Assembly: GCA_030141605.1 (NCBI GenBank)
Contig: JAQGDQ010002178.1
Coordinates: 1 to 11,202, forward strand
DNA: 11,202 nucleotides
Direction of reading: 5' to 3'
Source: Tubiluchus corallicola
Taxonomy: Eukaryota; Animalia; Priapulida
Shown: one piece after another, positions 1 to 8,275 of the stretch
How the letters are laid out: each line of letters opens with the position of its first letter
How positions within the stretch are numbered: position 1 is the stretch's first letter
The notes under the pieces: model-generated
The model's input: only the letters and a program-made list of their open reading frames with translations
Told to the model about the DNA's origin: nothing
Database searches by the model: none
Position numbers and translations under genes: made by a program

Positions 1-24
1 AGATAGATCTTTTGGTTAGGGGCT

Positions 25-890
25 ATGGCTGATCAATGGGCTTGATGTAGCGCCTTAGCCGAACTCCCAAAATTGGCGTACAGGAGGCGGATGCTAGTGA
101 ATTTTTGGAAATGAGTTCTGAGTATAACCAGACGGGGTTTCTGCATATCACTTGATTCACAAAATGTAGGTGGCGTCTGTGTGAGCCTAGCCTACATGAC
201 TGTTGAAGGTGCATACACGCAGTATTTAGATGCTAACGTGAGTTATGGTCCAACATGGATTGGGCACAGTTTATTGCCTTCTTAGAGCAATGTTGTGTGA
301 ATAGAGCCGAGTTAACGAGTCATATGATTGAGTTAAAGAACTTGCGGCAGAAAAAGAATCAGACTTTACTCCAATTAGTAGATCGGATTTGCATGGTTAG
401 CATATAAACCATCCGAAATTGACCAAAGCCTAGTGCAGCAATTTTTAACTGATGTGTTGATAGAGTCATTGAGGAATGATCAGTTGCATGCTAAGTTAAT
501 TAAGTATAATCCTGCGACCCTAGAGGTGGCCTATAGTCGATGTAGAGATGAGGAAAGTAATCAAGAAATTACTAAGTTGAAGAGTAGGCATGTGACACAT
601 CAAATGTGTACAGAAATGCCGATGGAGATGGGATATGTGGCAGAGGAAGAAAAAGAAGAAAATGAGAGTCTAATGTGCCACTTCCTAGAAATGGGTGCGC
701 GACCCCAGGGGGAGGACCGGCACCTGGGCCCAGGCCACAGCAGGCCGAAATAGACCGACAGGGAGGCCTACTCGGGCCGACTTGTGTTTTAGATGCCAGC
801 AACCAGGGAAATTTTGTGAGAGAATGCCGCAGACCCGGGCCTTGCACCATAGAGAGAATCGGCCCAGCGAAGCCACGGGGAAACTACTAG
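25..890 (+). pseudogene. gag: gag pseudogene (capsid-like region plus degenerate CCHC zinc knuckle)
   Basis: Frame-shifted pieces read ELPK/GVQEADASEFLE, MDWAQFIAFLEQ..ELKNLRQKKNQTLLQLVDRI and DVLIESLRNDQLHAKLIKYNPATLEVAYSRC. The knuckle at 785-827 reads CFRCQQPG/NFVREC (CX2CX4[H>N]X4C with a 1-nt frameshift). The ORF ends GNY-TAG at 890. The start at ATG 25 is tentative. Confidence 0.75.
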
Positions 891-925
891 GCTACCGGCT
901 GGGCGTGTCCACTGACCGGAGCCTA
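878..925 (+). promoter_or_regulatory. gag-pol -1 programmed ribosomal frameshift signal (slippery heptamer plus stem-loop)
   Basis: G GGA AAC (878-884) is in register with the gag codons GGA AAC just before the gag stop. The -1 frame (ORF 695..1060) leads into the pol sequence. The downstream hairpin 888-925 pairs TAGGCT/AGCCTA, CCGG/CCGG and TGGG/TCCA. Confidence 0.75.
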
Positions 926-938
926 ATGAATGAGGAGG

Positions 939-1043
939 CAGGTGGCAATTGTAGAAATGAAGGAATAGCGCGGCGAAATAGACAGCAATATGTAAATAGA
1001 TTATTTGAACCAGTGCCAAGATGGAATAGGGAAAAGCGGGAAA
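939..1043 (+). repeat. 105-bp direct repeat, copy 1 (pol N-terminal sequence)
   Basis: caggtggcaattgtagaaatgaagg...gaaaagcgggaaa matches 1286-1390 at 102 of 105 positions (only gcgc versus atgt differs). Confidence 0.97.
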
Positions 1044-1285
1044 TATCCCCGTCTTGTTAAACCATTGCTAGTCATTCACTACGAGCATTTACGAACTGAC
1101 TTTCTTAACCAATTGCTACGCATTCGGGAGTTTCTGGGCGTCAAAGTTACAAACGAAAGACTGAAATGTGTCGTCGAAAATAATCGTGGCAGCTTTAAGC
1201 GACCAACGAGCAAAACGAACTTTAGCAAAAGTTTCGATCCATTTCCAGATTATTTGAAAAATCTCACTAGTTCGTACATTAAAGA
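1044..1285 (+). pseudogene. Captured fragment of a WSCD-family (WSCD1/WSCD2-like) sulfotransferase, C-terminal part
   Basis: The stop-free frame KYPRLVKPLLVIHYEHLRTDFLNQLLRIREFLGVKVTNERLKCVVENNRGSFKR..FDPFPDYLKNLTSSYIKD resembles the WSCD C-terminal pattern as recalled: LLVVHYEEL..L..M..FL.V.V.EERL.CV....GSF+R..PF....LI..YI. It is unrelated to the surrounding pol sequence. Confidence 0.8.
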
Positions 1286-1390
1286 CAGGTGGCAATTGTA
1301 GAAATGAAGGAATAATGTGGCGAAATAGACAGCAATATGTAAATAGATTATTTGAACCAGTGCCAAGATGGAATAGGGAAAAGCGGGAAA
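1286..1390 (+). repeat. 105-bp direct repeat, copy 2, continuing in frame into the protease
   Basis: Matches 939-1043 at 102 of 105 positions. Both copies encode RNRQQYVNRLFEPVPRWNREKRE. Confidence 0.97.
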
Positions 1391-1500
1391 ATGTAAGGAG
1401 TAGTTATCATGTTACCAGGGCAACACACGTGGATTGGGACACCATAAGTGCGTTTCGAACCAATGGCTTCACAGATTGGGAGAAACAGTTAATTACACAG

Positions 1501-1820
1501 CCAACCTGTGCAGTAGAATTAAATGGGAAGCCCACCCGTATGTTAATTGACACTGGGGCTACAACTTCGTGTATATCTTTAGCATTATATCGTCGGTTGG
1601 GAATGGGTCCTTGTGACCCCAGCCGGGTGTCGTTAAAAGATGCCTCTGGAACTATAAAATGACAGTAATAAGGGAGCGCGAAATTCGGGGATAGCAAGGT
1701 TAAGATTCGTGAAAATGCAGCAAAATGCTATTTTAGGGATAGATGGGCTCCATGCCATGAATGCATCATTAGATTGTGGCCGAAAGATAATGATTATAGG
1801 TAAGAAGGCGCATATTTTAG
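1501..1820 (+). pseudogene. pol: pol: retropepsin aspartic protease (disrupted)
   Basis: VELNGKPTRMLIDTGATTSCIS (catalytic DTG at 1549-1557) and LKDASG, then after stops and a frameshift AILGIDGLHAMNASLDC (ILG-D motif near 1730). Confidence 0.88.
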
Positions 1821-1862
1821 CTTCCGAACGGCTGAGTGAAAGAGGTAGATCTTTTGCTAGCC

Positions 1863-2130
1863 GATGAGTGTATGTGTATGCCGGGAAAAAGTGAAGTTGT
1901 GTTGCAGGCCCGGATGAAACAGAAACCTGAGAAAGGTCAGCTGCTTTGCGTAGCGTTAGCGAAAAATGCTCCTGTATTTAGGAACCCGAGCTGAGATAGG
2001 TTTTGAAACGGGGGTGGTAGAAGTAGCAGATAACCACAAATGCTACCTACCGATAAAAAATAAAACTACGAGGCCAATACTCATCAAAAAGAATAGTTTA
2101 TTAGGAACTGCGCAGGCAATAAGCATAGTG
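1863..2130 (+). pseudogene. pol: dUTPase-like beta linker between protease and RT (disrupted)
   Basis: MPGKSEVVLQARM..., then after a frameshift GVVEV...LPIKNKTTRPILIKKNSLLGTA. This resembles the P-x-SE...N-x-T...I-x-K...(L/I)G linker seen in many animal gypsy pol proteins. No catalytic dUTPase motifs were confirmed. Confidence 0.45.
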
Positions 2131-2630
2131 GACGTTCATGCCATAGCCATAGCGGGTTACACAGCAGAGCAGCAAAATGGGCAGCAAAGCGTGAGGCGGC
2201 GAAATCAGAATACATTAATGGGATACGGAAGAACAGTTTACATTGCAGGCCCACTCACCAGCAGGGAGTGTGGCGTGAGCCGATAGCAGCGAGGTATAAA
2301 AGCTATCAACTAAATGGGATAGCCAGAGGGCAGCGTAAGCCAATAAGGAAGCAAAACTGGTACACGGACCAGCGAGCAGCAACTCAGGCGTTGCGGTGGC
2401 GCAGTAATCGGCCTCATAAAGGCCACAGTGAAGGTGGATTGAGGTTAGAATATGATAATAAAAGAGGCATGTTTATTGAATTAAAAGATGTAACTGGGCC
2501 AGCGCCAAGTGTGTCCTCGGCGGGCCTAATGAAGGGATACAAACATTGGCGCTACCAAGATGGTATATCAGGGGAAAAAGCTGAAATGGAATGTAAGTTA
2601 GATCATCTGTCTCCTTACTGAAAAGCACGA

Positions 2631-3371
2631 ATGGCAGTGTTGTTAAATAAATGGCAAGGGGTGTGTGCGAATACTGACTTAGAGTTCGGAGAAACAAGGT
2701 TGGTGGAGATGAGAATCGATACGGGTTCAAATGCACCCATAAGGTCTAGGCCGTATCACATTCCGAATAATTTGGAAAAGGAACTGAATAAGATCATCAG
2801 AGATCTACTGCAAGCGAAAATAATAGTACCCGCCAACAGCCCCTGGGCCTCTCCCTGTTTGCTAGTAAAGAAGGCCGACGGTAAGAGCTACCGTTTGATC
2901 ATAGTTTACCGAATACTAAACAAGTGTATGAAGTTCGACGCCTACCCTAGCCGAACCCTGTCAAACTTTACTGATAAGTTGCAGGGGGCGAAATACTTTA
3001 GCTGTTTTGACTTGCGGCAAGGGTTTCTGCAAATTCCAGTACACAAGGATGATCAACCCAAAACGGCTTTTGTGACCCAAGGGAGGTCCTATATGTTCAC
3101 CCGTAGCCCAATGGGCCTTTTAACAAGCCCGTCTCTGTTTTGGAGGGTAATAAACAAGTTATTAGACGGGATAACGGATAAATTTAGTATAGCACACCTA
3201 GATGACATCTTGGTATAATCCAAAACGCAAGCAGAACATCTTAAGGAGGTGAACCTGAAGCTAAAGCCAGCTAAGTGCCAGTTTTTTTAACCGGAGGTTC
3301 AATTTCTAGGGTATATAGTAAGCAAGGATGGCCTAAGGCCAGACCCTGAGTGCACCAAGACAGTACAAACT
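2631..3371 (+). pseudogene. pol: pol: reverse transcriptase (disrupted)
   Basis: IDTGSNAPIRSRPY, SPWASPCLLVKKADGKSYRL, FDLRQGFLQI, KTAFVT, PMGL, HLDD (3195-3206, YLDD variant), LKLKPAKCQF and FLGYIVS. In-frame stops lie at 3216-3218 and 3288-3290, with an apparent ~10-codon deletion after EHLKE. Confidence 0.95.
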
Positions 3372-3962
3372 ATGGACCGTCCAACTAACGTTAGAGGGGT
3401 GAGAAGCTTTATTGGTAGTTGCAACTACTATAGGGCGAATATACCGAGGTTTGCAGAAATAGCGAGGCCTATAACAGAACTAACTAAGAAGAATGTCAAA
3501 TTTGTGTGGGGGGAACCACAAGAGAAAGCCTTTAGAGAGCTTAAAGCGGCTTTGTTAAACCCGGTGATGCTCACCCATCCAGACACCGAGAAACCGTATG
3601 TATGCTATACTGATGCGAATTTATATAGTGTGGGGGGGGGCATACTCATGCAAGAAATAGATGGGGTGGAGGGACCAGTAGAGTTCTTCTCTCACCAATT
3701 AATGCCCACACAGCAGTGCTGGACGGCCTTCGAAAGAGAATTATACGCGATTGTTTACTGTATCTGCAAGTTACATCACTATCTGTATGGAAGCAGATAT
3801 GTAATCAGAACAGATCATAAGAGTTTGCAATATTTACTTGAGAGTAAGTAGTTGAAGAACCCCAAGCTAGAACACTGGGTGCTGCTTTTATCGCAACAAA
3901 ATGTGAAGATAGAGTACTGCCCAGGTAGCAGAAATCCTGCAGATCATTATAGTCGCCTGCCA
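3372..3962 (+). pseudogene. pol: pol: RT connection domain and RNase H (disrupted)
   Basis: VRSFIGSCNYYR, FVWGEPQEKAF, YTDA, ERELYAIV, HYLYG, RTDHKSL and IEYCPGSRNPADHYSRLP. There is an in-frame stop at 3849-3851. Confidence 0.93.
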
Positions 3963-4890
3963 GTGAAAAAAATGGAGCCAGAGGAAAAAAGAAAACGAAC
4001 AAAACTTGAATTAGACGCGAAGTTGCGTAATTTAGAGGAGAACAGTACAAATATAGCCGCCATTAATGAGAACAGTAGGCAATATAATGCTCGTAACTCA
4101 GTAGCCCTCGAGGGCATAGCTGTTAGTCAGAGCAGTGATACTGACTCATTGACACAGATTCGCAAAGAAAGTGAACGGGTTCCGTCTACTAGGAGTACGG
4201 GGCTGCAATTACTCTCTTAAAATAGGAATAAGAGGCAAGAGAGTATAGTAACACTAGCAATGGTGGAAAAGGGAACTGTAGGTGGCTGGAGCTTGTCTGT
4301 TCTAACATGGATCCATTAGAATAAGACAGGTGTCGTGGAAATTCAATACAAGGATATCATAAGGAGTTTGGGAGAACTGAATACAGCAGCTAGAAAACAA
4401 AATTTTGAGAGAAGCAATGGTGCGGATAACAAAGACTCATCCAATAAAATGAAGTAGATATTGCTATAGGCAAAGCTCACGCACTAATGACCGGTCTATG
4501 GTGAAAAGGAGACTGTCTTGAGCGATACTGCGCTAGCAATATGCGAAGTGGCAAGTGCAAAAAGGATGGAAGACTTAGGAAAAATTAAAGGAAAAGGGTA
4601 TACTTCCATGAAGCCAGGCTAAACACAGAGAACATATGAAATGAGGTTGCGAATTAGCTGATGGTTAGCGAATTATAGTTTTGTTTAAAACTCTTGATAG
4701 GCCTGGTCTACTACTAGACCGGGAACTAAATTCGCATAAGTGTAGCGAAATGAATTATTTTAAAGGTTAAAGAGTGTGATACGCTCGCGAGTTGAAATGG
4801 GAAGTAGGGCCACTCTAGGTTGAGGAAGGTGCCCTAATATAAGGAATTCGGGGAGATAAAGTGTAAGTCCAGATTCCTACAAGGCTGTTG

Positions 4891-4918
4891 TATTTTGGCC
4901 TTGTTTTACAGAACATGG
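4891..4918 (+). promoter_or_regulatory. Putative env splice acceptor and Kozak start
   Basis: The pyrimidine-rich tract tattttggccttgttttaCAG ends at 4911, followed 3 nt later by the env ATG in aacATGg (ATG at 4915). Confidence 0.55.
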
Positions 4919-6035
4919 AAGCCATTACTGTGCTGTGGATCATAGGAAGTCTCACATTGGCACCCAGCAGGGCCAATGTAGTGACTAGTCCCGGAGCCTT
5001 ATTTTTGTGACGAGGTGAAGTCCAAGTATCACAGTCTTGATGGGCTCTGCTAATGCAGCTGAACATTAGCCCGGTCGAGCTTTGCTTGGAGAATCTGAAA
5101 CGGGAGATGATTAACTTGAGGCAACATACCTGGGACCCTGCCACCCGTGTGGATAAGCCACAAACTACGATGTATCAAGAGGATCGATTCTTAAAAGATA
5201 GTACGGTGTTAGTTAACACCACTACCTCCACATATCTTGCCCAAATACAGGAATTGGAGCAGAAGACAAGGGATATAGCACACCTTCTGGCCTCCAGAGA
5301 GACAGGGATTCGCCAGTGGTCCCCAGCCCAAGGTGAGCCAGTACCACAACTGCCACCCAGTTTGTATCTGGATGGTAGACATTCCGAGGACAGGGCACCA
5401 AGTGGAGCTCCCAGTCTTGGTGCGGCCCATACAGAGGAACCTGAAGGACCTAAAACGCGTAGACACCAAATGACCTTGGCCAACTGTAGGAATGCAGAGA
5501 TAAACAAGGGGATATCGAGACAAGTTTGCTCCCCTTCTTAGGGAAAATCTCAAAAGCCTTAACCGGAACAGCCACCGAAGAAGATGTGGAAGCATTGGCA
5601 GGGAAACTCAACCTGATACAGGCCTCCCAGGAGTCTATGCAGCAAATCCTTGAGAAATCTGTGACTTTAATAAACTACACTCATTTAGAGAGTCAGGAGA
5701 ACACTAGGCATATTTCGTTACTGCAGAACGATACAGCCGAGTTGAAATATAGTTTAGCAGATCTAAAAGTAGAATTTGCTCATCGCGCACAGATCATGAC
5801 TCATGAGATGGTTGTGTTGACGGAAATAATGGCACTGATGCAGCGAATATCAAATACCATGAGGAGGGTGACAGATAATGTACACAAGACTATGGACATG
5901 TTGTCCACACTATTGTCAGGTACTATGCCATCTCTACTTTGGGGACCTGCACAACTGCGCGACATGCTATACGAAATACAAAAGGCTTTACCAAGTACCT
6001 TGTCCTTACCAGAAAGCCCGGGACGAGCTCGATAA
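4915..6035 (+). pseudogene. env: env pseudogene, baculovirus-F/errantivirus-type class I fusion glycoprotein, 3'-truncated
   Basis: Signal-like N-terminus MEAITVLWIIGSLTLAPSRA, then PGALFL*RGEVQVSQS*WALLMQL (stops at 5008 and 5038). After a frameshift near 5520 come a fusion-peptide-like SLLPFLGKISKALTGTATEED, a long heptad helix with N-glycosylation sequons (NYT, NDT) and LLSGTMPSLLWGPAQLRDMLYEIQKALPSTLSLP. No transmembrane anchor is present. Confidence 0.8.
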
Positions 6036-7223
6036 TGTGAACTATGTGGCTGGTAGCCAGCTGACCTAGGAACAGTTAAAACACCTTTACAAAAACGAAA
6101 CTATATCTCAGGATATAAAAGTGATCAGAAATATTGCCACATATAATTATACCGACGTTGCTTTTATGAATAGGAACTGGCAGTAACTGGACTGGGAAAA
6201 CTGATTCCTTGCCCGCAGCAGAAAATTAGCATCAGCTGCTAACTGTGACCACGCATTTGAGACACTGCGAATAATCAACTGTGGTCATTCTATAACCTCA
6301 ATAACAGAAGAGGCACTCAGTAGGATATATGCAAAACACAAGCTTCGTGTGTCAAAATACGCAGGAAAATGGAAGCTGATGAAAAACGACATTTAAAGCA
6401 TTTTGATGTCATTTTAGGTAGAATTTTATGGCTCATAATAACATTGTTTATCATGTGTGTTTGCAGAAATGACCACGTTGTTGTGAACTTGACCAAGTTC
6501 ACAAGTCACAAATGGTTAGCCATGTGGTCACTTTGGCATTGAGCATGCTAAACATGCGTGCAAATGAAAAAAAAGTTGGTGTTGAGTGTGTGTTAAATTA
6601 AAGCTGTCTTCGTGTGTTATATAGTAGCTTAATTAACGTTAACATTAATTACAAAACATATCTAACTGAAATCCCGTGAAAAAAGAAATTCACGACATAC
6701 GTTGACTAGGTATATGCACGACAATCACACGATCAGACACATTACAAGCACATATCAATTTATACTGGTTGTGAAATGGATTTATTAAAATACATTTTAT
6801 TTGTGTAATTTATGTGCCGTGAGTTTGTAAAAACCCCCATTTATTATGTTAATATAATGTATATTGATGATGTACTACAATGTAAGTATGGTATACATAA
6901 TTTGTATTGCATAATGCATATGTATAATGTATATTGAGTAGACTTGTGTACTGAGCAACGTGCTTCAGATGAAACATTTCGGCACTTTATGTTTAATGAA
7001 TTATAACATCACAGTTTGATCATTGCGCACTTTTATTCAGCATTAACAAATAGTTAATTAGAAATATATGGACGAAACAGGACTATGGAGATCCTGATGA
7101 GCTATACAACACAATGATCATTTTGTTATTATACCTGATGGCAATGCTGCCACAATCATTCAATAGTAGGTCTTATTGGATTTATAATTCAATGATGGAT
7201 TTTGGGTTTAAGATATATTTTCC

Positions 7224-7252
7224 AATATATATACACACATATATATGTGTGT
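7224..7252. repeat. Short AT/AC microsatellite containing a 20-bp palindrome
   Basis: acacacatatatatgtgtgt (7233-7252) is self-complementary and is preceded by (at)n. Confidence 0.6.
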
Positions 7253-7389
7253 TTGTTGACTGATTAAGAGATAGTCGAACATGATATTTTGGTTCAGTCC
7301 ATAGATCACTTCAAAAAAGGACTTTTGATCACAGCTCAAGGGTTATTTTCCAATTCACGATAAACACTTTTGATAACATAACATGATCA

Positions 7390-7810
7390 TTACTGTCCAA
7401 ACGTCGCCAAAGAGTTACTTACAAATTCACAATATGAAATTGGGTTTCCATTGAAAAATTCATGCAGATCGTTGAAGTTCAGTTCAGTGTTATCTTCACG
7501 AAGGTGATTCGTAAGTGGACAAAAACAGATAACATGCTCTTCTGTTTGAATGTTTAAGCCAGGACAGGAGCATAGCCTGTCTTCTCTTTTTATCCTTGCC
7601 CATCTTCCAGTCTCAATAGCTAGGTTATCATGTGAGGAGAGGCGTAACCAAGATGTTTTAATCCTATGGAGCTCATTTACTTTAACGCTATACATTGCAC
7701 TGACAGATAGTTCGGGATTCAGATAGAGATAGGTGCACAGTTTAGTTCTTTCGGAATCCCTGATATGTGGATATGTAATACATGGTTTTACAAAGTATAG
7801 AGTCATAGAC
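7390..7810 (-). mobile_element. 5'-truncated non-LTR retrotransposon, ORF2 C-terminus with Cys/His knuckle (clade uncertain, possibly RTE-X-like)
   Basis: LRLSSHDNLAIETGRWARIKREDRLCSC...IQTEEHVICFCP matches the R-x-S-x-H-x-L-x-IE-x-GR...R-x-C..C...E-x-H....C motif of invertebrate LINE ORF2 ends. The stop is at 7390. Confidence 0.8.
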
Positions 7811-7814
7811 ATAC

Positions 7815-8275
7815 AATCTGGCTCGTGAAAACGTACCTGACACAATGCTTGATTATGGAAACGAGTATCTGGTTTACAGGAAAAACAGGGAGTCATGTGG
7901 GGGAGGAGACGCCTTGCTTAAGCGAAAAACAATAGAAAGTGTACGTGTGTCTAGGTGCAATGAAACGGAAGTAGTAGCTGTTGATTTAATCAGCATTGCT
8001 TCATCAAGACTCGTTTGTTGCTATTGTCCACCACGAGCTGATATTGTATATATTAATAAACTCTGTGACACTATAAACTCTCTGTGTAATGTACACTATC
8101 CTTCCATTGTGCTTGGCCATTTTAACTTGCCACTTTTTGAGTGGACCAGTTTTACTTATCCTATCTCTGCCACGTATGAAAAGTTTGGTAATTGTATTCT
8201 TGAAAATGGATTAACTCAGTATGTACAAAGTCCTACGTGTAATGATAATATATTGCACCTTGCTTTTACAACACT
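7815..8275 (+). mobile_element. CR1-group LINE apurinic-like endonuclease fragment (pseudogene)
   Basis: YRKNRESCGGG (YRxDR..GGG), CYCPP (YRPP), VLGHFNLPLFEW (GDFNxPxIxW) and LTQYVQSPTCNDNILHLAFT (LxQxVxxPTR..NxLDL). Key Asp residues are mutated. Confidence 0.85.

Larger units (their letters stand above)
25..6035 (+). mobile_element. Degenerate Ty3/gypsy (Metaviridae, errantivirus-like) env-bearing LTR retroelement, internal region only
   Basis: Colinear gag (CCHC knuckle), protease (LIDTGA, ILGID), RT (SPWASPCLLVKKADG, FDLRQGFLQI, PMGL, HLDD), RNase H (TDA, ERELYAI, TDHKSL, ADHYSR) and an F-type env. The PR-RT-RH order and motif style are gypsy-like. Many stops and frameshifts are present, and no LTR, PBS or integrase is recognisable in the window. 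Confidence 0.93.

Noticed and set aside
675-1301. Gag-sulfotransferase fusion protein
   Set aside because: The insert shares the gag frame, but stops at 888-890 and 924-926 intervene, and the pol frame stops at 1058-1060.
939-1390. The 105-bp repeats as LTRs or a CRISPR-like repeat-spacer unit
   Set aside because: They are pol coding sequence, lack TG...CA ends, PBS and PPT, occur only twice, and there are no cas genes in this eukaryotic context.
23-5595. Minus-strand ORFs over the retroelement (e.g. 572..850, 1407..1697, 4815..5144, 5175..5507, 5209..5595)
   Set aside because: They are antisense shadows of gag, pol and env with no recognisable motifs.
6173-6520. Possible host exons, including a short frame LASAANCDHAFETLRIINCG.. 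and an AG...GT-bounded segment near 6465-6512
   Set aside because: The frames are interrupted, no protein family is recognisable, and such splice-like signals are common by chance.
6036-7380. 3' LTR or polypurine tract after env
   Set aside because: env stops before its TM region, and no purine tract followed by a TG...CA repeat could be identified.
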